Assembly (NCBI RefSeq): GCF_003967015.1 | Contig: NZ_AP017560.1 | Location: 3,034,048 to 3,098,047, forward strand | DNA: 64,000 bases | Direction: 5' to 3' | DNA from: Pseudanabaena sp. ABRG5-3 | GTDB taxonomy: Bacteria > Cyanobacteriota > Cyanobacteriia > Pseudanabaenales > Pseudanabaenaceae | Shown here: one piece after another, positions 1 through 9,926 of the stretch | Layout: each line of letters begins with the position of its first letter | Numbering within the stretch: position 1 is the stretch's first letter | Made by a program: the position numbers and the translations under genes | The notes under the pieces: generated by a model | Told to the model about the DNA's origin: nothing | The model's database searches: none | The model's input: only the letters and a program-made list of their open reading frames with translations

Positions 1-378
1 GCGATCTGCCGATACCTCCCGCTTGGGTATGTCTCTGGATTAATTGCACTAATAAATCTGCTAACGCTGGTGAGAGCATCTCTCCGCGAGCCTTGTTTGG
101 TTGAATGTTCGGGAGATTCTAAGTTCTCGCGATCGCCAGAAATATCACCATAAATATCGCCACAAATCCCAATTGAATTTCTGCCCGAAATGGTCATTGC
201 AAAGCCAGATATTGCCAAGGAATTGGCTCGCTGCCAAACTTGGTGATATCCGATCTGATGCTGACCGATGGACAAATAGAATTTCATGGGAATGTACTTG
301 GAATTTCTTAGATAGTCATACTACACTTGTAGTATAAACATAGATATCGAACTTTGTAAACTAACTAGGAGAAAAATT

Positions 379-714
379 ATGCAGACACTACACCAAATGC
401 CTGCGACCACAGACATGGAAGTTACTAGCATTCGCCTAGAGCGGGAACTAAAGGAAAAGCTCAAAGAATTGGCGGGTGGGCAAGGCTATCAGGCGCTAAT
501 CCGTGGTGTTCTCTGGGATTACATTGAAAATAGGCAACCTTCACCGACACAAAAGCGGATTTCTCTCGAACAAATTCGAGCAAGTGTCACCGCAACGGCT
601 CAGCGAGATGAATCTTGCGCTCTTACTGGTAAATCAATCCGATCGCAAGAATCGATGTTTTTAGGCTTAACTACCAACGGCGATTGGGTTCCCCTAAGTG
701 TGGACAGTTTCTAA
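379..714 (+). CDS. Small ribbon-helix-helix (CopG-like) DNA-binding protein with a C-terminal extension.
   Basis: 111-aa ORF. The N-terminal segment SIRLERELKEKLKELAGGQGYQALIRGVLWDYIE fits the beta-strand/helix/helix pattern of CopG/RHH antitoxin-type repressors. An AGGAG ribosome-binding site sits 8 nt upstream. Confidence 0.4.
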   Translation: MQTLHQMPATTDMEVTSIRLERELKEKLKELAGGQGYQALIRGVLWDYIENRQPSPTQKRISLEQIRASVTATAQRDESCALTGKSIRSQESMFLGLTTNGDWVPLSVDSF

Positions 715-743
715 AACTATAGATAATTCAAATAAAAACTATA

Positions 744-857
744 GCTTCGACTTCGCTCAGCTACCTTACACCGAGGGCTGAGCGAAGTCGAAGCCCGTCT
801 ACAAGTTAATTTAAAACTAATAAGGGACGTAAAGCGTCCCTTATTAGTTTTAAATTA
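744..857. terminator. Two consecutive perfect palindromes between convergent genes, likely a bidirectional terminator.
   Basis: Stems gcttcgacttcgctcagc/gctgagcgaagtcgaagc (744-795) and ttaatttaaaactaataagggacg/cgtcccttattagttttaaattaa (806-857). Confidence 0.5.
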
Positions 858-1314
858 ACTGTCTGAGTACTTTTTGATATTTTTCTAAACGCTGAAAATC
901 TTTTTCCGTGGGGTTAGGAATTCGACTGATATCCATGTTGTGAGTTAAATCAGCAATCTTGACTTGACGGGCGATCGCATTGGACTTCACCCGCAAAATA
1001 TAATCTTCATACGGCTCACCCTTTAGCTTGGTGATAGCAGCGATCGCTTTCACAATAAAGTCGGGAAATCCTTGCTGCACTAGGTCTGTAATCGTCAGAG
1101 CAGAATCCTCGATCGCATCATGTAAAATCGCCACAATCTTACTTTCGAGCGTATTCATCTGCGCCATCACCGTTAAGGGATGCGAAATATAGGGCTTACC
1201 TGCTTTATCAAATTGCCCCTCATGGGCTTTGGTAGCGATCGCGATCGCTAAGGCAAGAAGTTTTTCATCTACAGGATAAATCGTAGTTTTTAAATTTGCT
1301 TCAAAGTTGGGCAT
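850..1314 (-). CDS. Small HD-domain protein, RelA/SpoT-type (p)ppGpp hydrolase-like (small alarmone hydrolase).
   Basis: Motifs KAHEGQFDKAGKPYISHPLTV and ILHDAIED match the His/HD metal-binding motifs of SpoT/Mesh1 hydrolase domains. The start was chosen at the internal Met (MPNFEAN), giving a 14-nt overlap ATGCCCAACTTTGA with the upstream gene. Confidence 0.7.
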   Translation of the reverse strand: MPNFEANLKTTIYPVDEKLLALAIAIATKAHEGQFDKAGKPYISHPLTVMAQMNTLESKIVAILHDAIEDSALTITDLVQQGFPDFIVKAIAAITKLKGEPYEDYILRVKSNAIARQVKIADLTHNMDISRIPNPTEKDFQRLEKYQKVLRQLI

Positions 1315-2209
1315 AGTAGCGGATACAGGTAAGAGCGATCGCCACTTCATCAGCGCATTGCTGAATTGCGGTAACATCACCAGAACTAATCGCGTTTGGA
1401 GATAACCATCTCATCGAGAATATACCTAAAACTTCTTCCCGAAAAGTAATTGCGATCGCGATGTTAGTTTTATATTGTTGATCAGGATCGTCTACATTCA
1501 AACAAACTTGTGACTGACCTGTGGCGATCGCTGTATGCACTAGCGGATCGGTCGCTAAATCCCAATAGGAATTACCACATATCGCTTGAGTATCAGTGAG
1601 AGTACCATGCTCAACTAACTGCAAAATCACGGCATCTGCGCCAAAATTTTGCCAAAAGGCACTTGCTAAGGGCAGTACACAATTCGATATTTGGTAAGAA
1701 CTTTGAGTAATTTCTACAATTGCTGACAACAAAGCATTCTGAGCTCGCGATCGGCTTAATTCCTCAGAACGCTGCTTTAGCAAATCATAATTTTGAGTTG
1801 CCTCAGACACCACCAGCTTTAGTTGGTCTGGCTCCCAAGGCTTAGTAATATATTTGTGAACTTGCCCCGAATTGATGGCATCAATGAGATCGGTAATGTC
1901 TGTATAACCAGTCAGCACAATCCGCATCGTATCAGGGAAATCGGAAACAGTGAGCCGCAGAAACTCTGTCCCCTTCATTTCAGGCATTCGTTGATCGGAA
2001 ATAATCGCCGCCATTTCCCCCTCTTGGGCGAGAATTTCTAGCGCCTTAAAGCCGCTATTCGCACGAAAAACCACAAATTCTTTACGAAAAGTCCGATATA
2101 GCAAATCAAGATTATCTTGCTCATCATCCACTACCAAAATCTTTGGCTTTTGGTTGGGATTAGCCTTATTTAGCTTAGCAGCAGAAAATAAAGGTGTACT
2201 CATGAGCAA
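1301..2209 (-). CDS. Response regulator with an N-terminal receiver domain and a C-terminal GAF domain.
   Basis: REC signature KILVVDDEQDNLDLL...ISDQRMPEMKGTEFL...KPW. The C-terminal 150 aa look GAF-like. The stop overlaps the start of the HD gene. Confidence 0.8.
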   Translation of the reverse strand: MLMSTPLFSAAKLNKANPNQKPKILVVDDEQDNLDLLYRTFRKEFVVFRANSGFKALEILAQEGEMAAIISDQRMPEMKGTEFLRLTVSDFPDTMRIVLTGYTDITDLIDAINSGQVHKYITKPWEPDQLKLVVSEATQNYDLLKQRSEELSRSRAQNALLSAIVEITQSSYQISNCVLPLASAFWQNFGADAVILQLVEHGTLTDTQAICGNSYWDLATDPLVHTAIATGQSQVCLNVDDPDQQYKTNIAIAITFREEVLGIFSMRWLSPNAISSGDVTAIQQCADEVAIALTCIRYYAQL

Positions 2210-2327
2210 AATTTAATGAAATCTGAACACAAATCATCGTAATGCCATTAAAACATAAGGGGCGCAATGCACCCCTTATGTCAATAAATTATCAAGCAAG
2301 AGTTTAGCTATTGCTGATATTTAGGAA

Positions 2328-3407
2328 TTAAGCGCCAACAACTTGACGACGAACTTGCTTCAATTCGCCCTTAGCATACTTAGGAACGAAGTCGTAAATG
2401 CTAACTTGCTTGATCTTGCTAGCTTGACCAGCAGCTTCAAACTGAACATAGCGATCGGCACATACCTTTTGCATGTACTTGATCGATGGTTTCAAGAAGT
2501 GCCGAGGATCGAATTCCTTAGGATTCTTTGTCAAAGCTTCACGAACCGCCGCAGTGATTGCAAGACGACAGTCAGTATCGATATTAACCTTACGAACACC
2601 AGACTTAATACCCTTTTGAATTTCTTCAACAGGTACACCATAGGTTTCAGGAATAGCACCACCGTACTCGTTGATCATCGCAAGTAGATCTTCAGGAACT
2701 GAAGAAGAACCATGCATGACGAGGTGAGTATTAGGCAAGAGGCGGTGAATTTCTTCGATACGGCTAATGGCAAGGATTTCGCCAGTAGGTTTGCGAGTAA
2801 ACTTATAAGCACCGTGGCTAGTACCGATCGCAACTGCCAAAGCGTCAACTTGAGTACGCTCTACGAAGTCAGCAGCTTCTTCAGGATCGGTTAAAAGTTG
2901 AGAATGATCCAAAGCACCTTCAAAACCATGTCCATCTTCAGCTTCACCCTTACCAGTTTCGAGGGAGCCTAGACATCCTAGTTCGCCTTCAACGCTTGCG
3001 CCAAACGCATGGGCAACTTCGACAACTTTAGAAGTAACTTCCACGTTGTACTCATAGCTAGCAGGAGTCTTAGCATCAGCTTCCAATGAGCCATCCATCA
3101 TCACGCTTGTAAAGCCATTTTGAATTGCCGAGAAGCAAGTCGAAGGGGCATTACCATGATCTTGGTGCATCACGATAGGGAGATGGGGATAAGTTTCGGC
3201 AGCAGCCAAAATTAAGTGACGTAAGAAATTTTCGCCTGCATAATTGCGCGCGCCACGAGATGCTTGTAGGATTACAGGGCTGTTGGTTTCATTAGCAGCC
3301 TGCATGATCGATTGGATCTGCTCCATGTTGTTGACGTTAAATGCAGGAATGCCATATCCATTTTCAGCCGCGTGATCGAGCAGCAGGCGCATTGGTACTA
3401 AAGCCAT
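2328..3407 (-). CDS. fba: Fructose-1,6-bisphosphate aldolase, class II.
   Basis: 359 aa. N-terminus [30 protein letters not shown] and motifs VMHQDHG and LDHGSS are typical of class II FBA/CbbA. Confidence 0.93.
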   Translation of the reverse strand: MALVPMRLLLDHAAENGYGIPAFNVNNMEQIQSIMQAANETNSPVILQASRGARNYAGENFLRHLILAAAETYPHLPIVMHQDHGNAPSTCFSAIQNGFTSVMMDGSLEADAKTPASYEYNVEVTSKVVEVAHAFGASVEGELGCLGSLETGKGEAEDGHGFEGALDHSQLLTDPEEAADFVERTQVDALAVAIGTSHGAYKFTRKPTGEILAISRIEEIHRLLPNTHLVMHGSSSVPEDLLAMINEYGGAIPETYGVPVEEIQKGIKSGVRKVNIDTDCRLAITAAVREALTKNPKEFDPRHFLKPSIKYMQKVCADRYVQFEAAGQASKIKQVSIYDFVPKYAKGELKQVRRQVVGA

Positions 3408-3540
3408 ATATAAAATCTCTCCTAGACAAAATCGAGCTTATGCGATTATTAACAATCTTAAATCATTTTGAAGATTAAATAAATCAAAAAAAAGGGCTGT
3501 GCTAAGCACGCCCCCTTTTTTAATCTAGCGATCGCTATAA

Positions 3541-3642
3541 GTAGTTGAGCATAATTAAAAACCAGAGTCAAAACCTACGGCGCACGCGCAGCGTGCGCCG
3601 TAGGTTTTTGGGTTTTATATTTAATTGCGCTGAGATACTTAG
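3541..3642. mobile_element. MITE-B copy: a GC hairpin (GGCGCACGCGCAGCGTGCGCC) flanked by AT-rich arms of imperfect inverted repeat.
   Basis: Shares the hairpin core and the right arm GGGTTTTATATTTAATTGC..ACTTAG with the copies at 41006-41112 and 41308-41394. It abuts the 3' end of apcF. Confidence 0.55.
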
Positions 3643-3648
3643 AGAAAT

Positions 3649-4149
3649 CTATAGATTATTTTCGCCCAATTCACTAGCCATATATTCAAAAGGTGCGCCA
3701 AGCCAGTCAGCACTTTCACCTACTAAATCAAAAACTAGCTCTTTTAGGATTTGGATACCACGTACAGTCGGTCCAATGGCTACGCCCAGAGAGCTGTAGG
3801 TATCACGTAAACCTTGTAATACTCTTTCGTCGAGAACATCATTGTTACCAGCAACTAGAGCATAGGAGGCATAGCGCAAGTAATAGTCCAAGTCACGTAA
3901 ACAAGCGGCAAAACGACGGGTGGTATAAGCGTTGCCACCGGGACGGATGAGGTCGGGGACTTCTTCAAATAACTGTGAGCCAGCCTTGCGGACAATCGAT
4001 GCAGCATTAGCGGTGATCGCAGCAGAAGCAGATAGACGAGCGTTGCCTGTAGCAAAATAAGACTTGAGGGTATCCAAGGCATCGCGATCAAAATATTTAC
4101 CAGTAGCATCGTATGTACTGATCAGGCTAGTGATTGCATCCTGTGGCAT
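3649..4149 (-). CDS. apcF: Allophycocyanin beta-18 subunit (ApcF-type phycobiliprotein).
   Basis: 166 aa. Segments PGGNAYTTRRFAACLRDLDYYLRYASYALVAG, LDERVLQGLRDTYSSLGV and the C-terminal ...YMASELGE resemble ApcF more than ApcB. Confidence 0.8.
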   Translation of the reverse strand: MPQDAITSLISTYDATGKYFDRDALDTLKSYFATGNARLSASAAITANAASIVRKAGSQLFEEVPDLIRPGGNAYTTRRFAACLRDLDYYLRYASYALVAGNNDVLDERVLQGLRDTYSSLGVAIGPTVRGIQILKELVFDLVGESADWLGAPFEYMASELGENNL

Positions 4150-4186
4150 ATAGTTTTCTCCGTTGATTTAGCTGTAATAAATGTAT

Positions 4187-4217
4187 CTGTAAATGTATTT
4201 GTAAAGTTTGTAAACTA
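4187..4217 (-). promoter_or_regulatory. HLR1-like direct repeats (putative RpaB-type response-regulator box) in the apcF promoter.
   Basis: The minus strand reads GTTTACAA-AC-TTTACAAA, matching (G/T)TTACA(T/A)(T/A)-N2-(G/T)TTACA(T/A)(T/A). A third TTTACAGA lies 5 nt further. The element sits 35-65 nt upstream of the apcF ATG. Confidence 0.4.
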
Positions 4218-4614
4218 TATATAACTTAAACTTAATAACCTATCCTTTGGGTAGTTATACCAATTCACAAAAGTGTAGTCACACCTTTTGTGAGTTAAAA
4301 ATCAAACCCAGTAAGGGTTTTAAAAACACAAAATAGCTACGCCATTTTGTGTTTTGGTATTACCGAAGCTATTTTACTGTGGTTTCAGCGTCTCACCAAA
4401 TCTTGGTTTACCAAACGCCACATTAGTCAACATTACCAGAAAGTCGATTCGGGGCGAAGTTCTAAGAATTGCAGCAATGCTGTAGGAAATGTAGGAATGT
4501 TCTCACTGCAAGGTAAGCTTAGATACTAAGCTAGATATAGACGGTTTTACGGAAACCTTTTCGAGCAATTTATAAGGAAATGTCTGGAAATGAACTTGAT
4601 TTGGGGCTAGGTGT

Positions 4615-5823
4615 ATGAAGTGGGTAACTAGTCTTTCGACAAAAATATCTTTGGAAGCTGCGGTGCAAGACCTATCTCAGCAAGTATTGATAGCGCTTGG
4701 AGATAAATCGCTTGATTTAGGTTTTTTATTTGTATCCACTGCCTTTGCCAGTGACTATCCACGTTTGTTACCGCTACTTGCTGATAAATTGCCAATCAAA
4801 AAATTAGTTGGTTGTTCAGGGGGTGGCATTGTCGGTAATGGGCGCGAGTTTGAAGATAAACCTGCGATCGCTTTGTTAGTTGGACATTTACCAAATACTG
4901 AAGCTAAAGTATTTCACTTAAATGATAATGATTTGCCTGACTTAGATAGCTCTCCTGATCGCTGGGAAAAATTAACCGAAGTCGCACCATCTCTTGCTCC
5001 TAGTTTTGTCTTAGTTGGCGATCCTTTTTCATTTCCCATTAACGATTTAATCCAAGGGCTAGATTTTGCCTATCCCAATGCGGTAAAAGTCGGCGGATTA
5101 GCTAGCAGTGGAGGCATGGGAGCTAATGCCTTGTTCTGCTTCCACGAACAGCATAAATATAAGCTTTACCGCACAGGCTTGCTCGGTGTAGCGCTATGGG
5201 GCGATGTGACAATTGATCCCGTAGTTGCTCAGGGCTGTCGTCCTATTGGCAAGATCATGCAGGTTTCTGAGTGTGAGCGCAATTTAATTTTAGGACTAGA
5301 GGGTAAACCACCTTTATCTTTACTACAAGATACCGTTGGTGATTTGAGCCAAAGCGATCGCGAATTGGCTCAGCATTCATTATTTATTGGTGTAGTAATG
5401 AATGAGTTTAAGGCAAATCCATCACAGGGAGATTTCTTAATTCGCAATATTATTGGTGTCGATCCGCGTTCTGGAGCAATCGCTGTTGGCGATCGGATGC
5501 GTCCGGGGCAGAGAATTCAGCTTCATTTACGCGATGGTAAAGCCTCAGCAGAGGATCTAGAAGAAGCACTAACCAATTATATGAATCAGTTAAGTTTAGA
5601 GGCTCCTAATGTATCTCCCACGGCTGCGCTGATGTTTTCCTGTATGGGGCGTGGCGAGCGGCTCTATGGCAAGCCCAATTTTGATTCAGAATTATTACAA
5701 AAGCATATTGGGTTAATTCCCTTTAGTGGCTTTTTCTGTTCAGGAGAAATTGGTCCCGTCAGTGGCACAACATTCCTACATGGTTATACCTCAGTCTTTG
5801 GTATTGTCAGACCAAAAAGCTAA
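4615..5823 (+). CDS. FIST-domain sensory protein (FIST_N + FIST_C).
   Basis: 402 aa. C-terminal motif FSGFFCSGEIGPV...HGYTSVFGIV is typical of FIST_C, and there is no other catalytic signature. Confidence 0.6.
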   Translation: MKWVTSLSTKISLEAAVQDLSQQVLIALGDKSLDLGFLFVSTAFASDYPRLLPLLADKLPIKKLVGCSGGGIVGNGREFEDKPAIALLVGHLPNTEAKVFHLNDNDLPDLDSSPDRWEKLTEVAPSLAPSFVLVGDPFSFPINDLIQGLDFAYPNAVKVGGLASSGGMGANALFCFHEQHKYKLYRTGLLGVALWGDVTIDPVVAQGCRPIGKIMQVSECERNLILGLEGKPPLSLLQDTVGDLSQSDRELAQHSLFIGVVMNEFKANPSQGDFLIRNIIGVDPRSGAIAVGDRMRPGQRIQLHLRDGKASAEDLEEALTNYMNQLSLEAPNVSPTAALMFSCMGRGERLYGKPNFDSELLQKHIGLIPFSGFFCSGEIGPVSGTTFLHGYTSVFGIVRPKS

Positions 5824-5872
5824 TCAAATAGGACTTACGCAAATCTAAGCATTGATTAAGTCCAAACAAAAA

Positions 5873-5900
5873 GAGCGCTTTGCGCTCTTTTTGTTTGCGA
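5873..5900 (+). terminator. Rho-independent terminator after the FIST gene.
   Basis: Hairpin aaagagcgctttgcgctcttt followed by TTTGTTT. Confidence 0.6.
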
Positions 5901-6017
5901 TTAGTTACAAATACTCATTAACTGATATCACCATGTTACGGTATATGCAGGTTTAACAATGGATTTACTCATCTATATTTTGAGAACTCCTTGAGGGAAT
6001 AGATAAGGATTAATTGA

Positions 6018-6428
6018 ATGCTCGATTTGCATTGCTTAGGTAGTGTTGTGGGAGATTTTTCGCGATCGCATTGTGTGGCTATTTGTGCATTTCTTGTACC
6101 TGCGAACTTGATCGCCACTTCACAAACAATTTTATTTACGATCTTGAAGCGATCGCCTGTTGAAATTTTCACAATTAGCGCTAGTGCGATTATTTACGCA
6201 TTACTCATGATTGCCCATGTAATTAGCTGGTACATCATCGGTGTAGTCATGGCTCCCACGTTTATTTTAATGTTTTTAGGAATTATCTGTTTAGCAGTTA
6301 ATCTCACTGCAATTTGGCTAAAAGTTAAGCAGATTGAAGTTGATTATTTAGGAGTTTTAGTCAAGTTCTTTCAGAGATTTATGCAGGTTGAAAAACTATC
6401 TAACATTGTCCCTAATTCATTACAGTAG
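6018..6428 (+). CDS. Hypothetical membrane protein with 3-4 predicted transmembrane helices.
   Basis: 136-aa ORF dominated by hydrophobic stretches. No motif was recognised. Confidence 0.35.
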   Translation: MLDLHCLGSVVGDFSRSHCVAICAFLVPANLIATSQTILFTILKRSPVEIFTISASAIIYALLMIAHVISWYIIGVVMAPTFILMFLGIICLAVNLTAIWLKVKQIEVDYLGVLVKFFQRFMQVEKLSNIVPNSLQ

Positions 6429-6494
6429 CTAGAAAAATTAGGAGCGTCAGTTCTATTTTTGATTTTTGAGTTGATATAATTCAGATTAAGCATT

Positions 6495-7169
6495 TTGGCG
6501 AAAATAATGACTGTCCTCAACGCTAGCACTTTAACTTTAGATCAGGTTTATCATTACCTGAAATTTCGTGAGTTGTCATATACCTCTTTCAAGTCTTTGC
6601 TCCATTTAGAGCCATTGTCCGAATTTGAGATTACTGAACTTGCTCAAATTCAGAATGACTTCAAAAATTATTTGACAGATGGAAAAGTCTTAGAAGGTAT
6701 GGTCAAGGCGCTGTCAATTTTACCATTGCTAAGATTGGCAGGCTTTTATCGTGCGCCGATCAAGATGCAAATGGAGCAGGAAATAGATCGGATTAATATT
6801 GAAGATGAGGATATTAGTATTACGGGGCGCTTAGATCTGATCTGTGTTAATAAAGATCGCCCAAAAATGAATGACATTGCCTTTTGGGTTTTAGCGATCG
6901 AATCGAAGAATACGAGTATCAGCGCATCGGAAGGATTGCCTCAGCTACTGACCTATGCCTATAAAAGTTTAGAAAATCAAAAAGCAGTATGGGGTTTAAC
7001 AACTAATGGCGTGTACTACGAGTTTGTGTATATTCAACAAAGTGTTGATCAAGACTCATACTCTACTTATCAGCCATTACCATCGTTGCATTTAATGGAA
7101 CCTGAGTCTTCTGAAAAATTACTGCAAGTCTTAAAAGCAATTTGCAAAGTTCAAAATGGTCTTTTTTAG
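6495..7169 (+). CDS. Stand-alone PD-(D/E)XK nuclease-fold protein (HsdR_N-like).
   Basis: GRLDLICV ... VLAIESK gives a D..E.K arrangement consistent with the restriction-endonuclease-like fold. Confidence 0.5.
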   Translation: MAKIMTVLNASTLTLDQVYHYLKFRELSYTSFKSLLHLEPLSEFEITELAQIQNDFKNYLTDGKVLEGMVKALSILPLLRLAGFYRAPIKMQMEQEIDRINIEDEDISITGRLDLICVNKDRPKMNDIAFWVLAIESKNTSISASEGLPQLLTYAYKSLENQKAVWGLTTNGVYYEFVYIQQSVDQDSYSTYQPLPSLHLMEPESSEKLLQVLKAICKVQNGLF

Positions 7170-7176
7170 AAAAGAT

Positions 7177-7773
7177 CTATGCAAATGGCAGCATTAAGAT
7201 ACCAAGAATCATATCAACATTACCGATAAAATATTCAGGTTGGTCAATATAAGCAATATTATCTTTTAGTATCAGAAAGCGCCATAAACTGCCTGTGGTA
7301 ACTGCACCATAAATGCGATCGAATGGTTGCCCATGACGTTGATTAAAGATTTGGGCAGCAAACATCTCTGCTATACATTGACCTAAACCACTGCGAATAC
7401 TTTCATTTTTGGCTTCAGCGATCGCAATTACAGGAGCCGTAATGTCTATCTGTTCCGATGATTTGCTCAAAATAAAATCACAAAATCCCTGCAATCCGAG
7501 TGAGACATCAACATTAAACTCAGTTCCAGAAAATAAGCTAACTGATGGCTGTAATTGCGCTCTCACTTCTCCTAAAACTGGCGCAATCAAAAATTCTGAG
7601 CGCACTTTTTCAGTATTGACTAAAGTTACAAAGGATTCTGCACGTTTTAAAGTTTCGCGAAGATAGTCAGATGGTGTTACTGGCTCAACTTCTGCAAATA
7701 AACTTTCACCTTCCTTGATCAATAAACCTAGTTCTTCTTTAACTCGCACTAATGTAAAGTCACTGTAAGCCAT
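7177..7773 (-). CDS. Second stand-alone PD-(D/E)XK (HsdR_N-like) protein, convergent with the previous gene.
   Basis: GFCDFIL ... VIAIAEAKN gives the D..E.K motif. The stops of the two genes are 7 bp apart. Confidence 0.5.
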   Translation of the reverse strand: MAYSDFTLVRVKEELGLLIKEGESLFAEVEPVTPSDYLRETLKRAESFVTLVNTEKVRSEFLIAPVLGEVRAQLQPSVSLFSGTEFNVDVSLGLQGFCDFILSKSSEQIDITAPVIAIAEAKNESIRSGLGQCIAEMFAAQIFNQRHGQPFDRIYGAVTTGSLWRFLILKDNIAYIDQPEYFIGNVDMILGILMLPFA

Positions 7774-7869
7774 GATGAATTGTCTTTTCCTTGATATAAA
7801 AAATTATAGACAAGGAGATTAATCTCCTTGTCTATACAATCGAAGTCTGGCTAGACAAATTTTGTAGAC

Positions 7870-9792
7870 TTAACTAGCACTTGCCGCAGTTTGTTTATTA
7901 AAAGCAAACTGGTTGAGGATGCGATCGCAGATTTGTCCACTGGATAAACCAAGAGAATTGAAGGACTGCTCTGGGGAAGCATGTTCAACGAGAATGTCAG
8001 GAACCCCAATGCGGTAAACGGGAGCCAATACATTCGCATCATTCATGGCTTCTAGAACTGCGCTACCAAATCCACCCATCAAGCAACCTTCTTCAAGGGT
8101 GACTACCTTACCGATTTTTTGAGCAAGGGGTAGGATTAGCTCGGTATCTAGGGGCTTCGCAAAGCGGGCGTTAACGACAGTGGCGCTAACTCCATGCTCA
8201 TTGAGGAGTTCCGCAACCTGTAGCGAAGGATAAACCATTGAGCCATAGGCGAGTAACAATACATCCTTACCTTCGCGCAACACTTCAGCTTTGCCGATTG
8301 GTAATGGCTCGATGTCCTCATCTTGCAATGGTGCGCCCACACCGTTACCGCGAGGATAACGCATAGCGATCGCGCCATTGTGAGTTAAGCCCGTAACGAT
8401 CATGCTTTGCATTTCGGCTTCGTCCTTGGGAGCCATCAGCACGATGTTAGGGATACAGCGTAGATAGGAAATGTCATACATCCCTTGGTGCGTAGGTCCA
8501 TCGGCTCCCACAATACCTGCGCGATCGAGACAGAAGAAGACGGGCAAATTCTGAATACAGACATCATGGATGATCTGGTCATAGGCGCGTTGGAGGAAGG
8601 TGGAATAAATCGCGGCAACGGGGCGCATTCCTTCGCAAGCCATACCTGCGGCTACGGTAACAGCATGTTGCTCAGCAATGCCAACATCAATAAATTGATT
8701 AGGTAAGGCGGCTTGGAATTTATCTAAACCTGTCCCCGTAGACATGGCTGCGGTAATGGCGACAATGCGCTTGTCATGCTCCGCAAGTTTAATCAGCGTA
8801 TCTGAGAAAACCTTGGAGTAGCTAGGAGGCTTTGGCTTGCTAGAAGTCGATGGTTTCGCTTTGCCTGTAGCGAGGTCAAAGGAGTTTTGAGCATGGTAGC
8901 CAACGCGATCGGCTTCAGCATAGCTGTAGCCCTTACCCTTAGTGGTGCTAACGTGAACCATGACGGGGCCTGTGAGCGTATGCGCCATCTTGAAGGTATC
9001 GATCAATTCCTTGAGATTGTGACCATCGACGGGACCAATATAAGTAAAGCCGAGTTCCTCAAATACGGCTCCCACTTTGTTTTGTACCATTGTCACAATC
9101 TTGAGATTGTCCTTAATTCTTTCAATCTCAGGGCTGATTTGTTCGCCCACAAAGGGGATATTACGGATCTGTCCCTCTAGATTGTTGGTGATGAATTTCA
9201 TCGGTGGGCTGAGACGCATTTTATTCAGGTACTTAGGAATTGCGCCCACGTTTGCCGAAATCGACATTTCATTGTCATTGAGGACAACTAATAAATTCGT
9301 TTTGGGAAGATGCCCTGCATGATTAATTGCTTCTAGCGCCATGCCACCTGTCAAGGAACCGTCACCGATGATCGCCACAGTTTTATAATTATCACCTTGC
9401 AAATCGCGGGCGATCGCCATACCCAGAGCCGCCGAAATACTCGTCGAAGCGTGACCAGCCCCGAAGTGATCAAATTCACTTTCGCGACGGTTGAGGTAGC
9501 CTGCAATCCCATCCTTTTGCCGCAAGGTATGGAAATTTTTGTAGCGCCCTGTAATCAATTTGTGGGGATAGGCTTGATGCCCCACATCCCACACAACCTT
9601 GTCGCGATCCAAATCAAGGGTTTGGTATAAAGCGAGGGTTAGCTCGACTACGCCTAGCCCAGGACCGAGGTGTCCGCCTGTAGCAGCGATCGTTTCTAAA
9701 TGTTTTTGCCTAATTTCCTTTGCGATAGACTCCAATTGCGAGATCGTCAAACCATGCAACTGGTTAGGGTGGGTAACTTCACTTAACCGCAT
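7870..9792 (-). CDS. dxs: 1-deoxy-D-xylulose-5-phosphate synthase.
   Basis: 640 aa with a ThDP-binding GDG...N motif ([19 protein letters not shown]) and an N-terminal [11 protein letters not shown] signature. Confidence 0.95.
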   Translation of the reverse strand: MRLSEVTHPNQLHGLTISQLESIAKEIRQKHLETIAATGGHLGPGLGVVELTLALYQTLDLDRDKVVWDVGHQAYPHKLITGRYKNFHTLRQKDGIAGYLNRRESEFDHFGAGHASTSISAALGMAIARDLQGDNYKTVAIIGDGSLTGGMALEAINHAGHLPKTNLLVVLNDNEMSISANVGAIPKYLNKMRLSPPMKFITNNLEGQIRNIPFVGEQISPEIERIKDNLKIVTMVQNKVGAVFEELGFTYIGPVDGHNLKELIDTFKMAHTLTGPVMVHVSTTKGKGYSYAEADRVGYHAQNSFDLATGKAKPSTSSKPKPPSYSKVFSDTLIKLAEHDKRIVAITAAMSTGTGLDKFQAALPNQFIDVGIAEQHAVTVAAGMACEGMRPVAAIYSTFLQRAYDQIIHDVCIQNLPVFFCLDRAGIVGADGPTHQGMYDISYLRCIPNIVLMAPKDEAEMQSMIVTGLTHNGAIAMRYPRGNGVGAPLQDEDIEPLPIGKAEVLREGKDVLLLAYGSMVYPSLQVAELLNEHGVSATVVNARFAKPLDTELILPLAQKIGKVVTLEEGCLMGGFGSAVLEAMNDANVLAPVYRIGVPDILVEHASPEQSFNSLGLSSGQICDRILNQFAFNKQTAASAS

Positions 9793-9884
9793 ATATACTT
9801 ATTTTTATAAAATAACTTCCTTTAGTTTAACTGAAGCGCACCCCACAAACGTTCATCGCGATCGCAGTTCTTAAAACCCAGTAA

Positions 9885-9922
9885 TAAAAAAAGAGGTGCT
9901 AAGCACCTCTTTTTTATTGCTT
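9885..9922 (-). terminator. Hairpin terminator downstream of the small secreted-protein gene.
   Basis: aaaaaaagaggtgcttagcacctctttttt, with T/A runs on both sides. Confidence 0.55.
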
Positions 9923-9926
9923 TTTA

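Noticed and set aside
101-337. 78-aa plus-strand ORF from the six-frame track.
   Set aside because: The sequence is low-complexity and basic, has no ribosome-binding site and no recognisable fold. It overlaps a more protein-like open frame on the opposite strand.
3545-4109. Plus- and minus-strand ORFs overlapping apcF (3545-3799, 3693-3950, 3855-4109).
   Set aside because: They are shadow frames of the phycobiliprotein gene. apcF is supported by strong family-level similarity.
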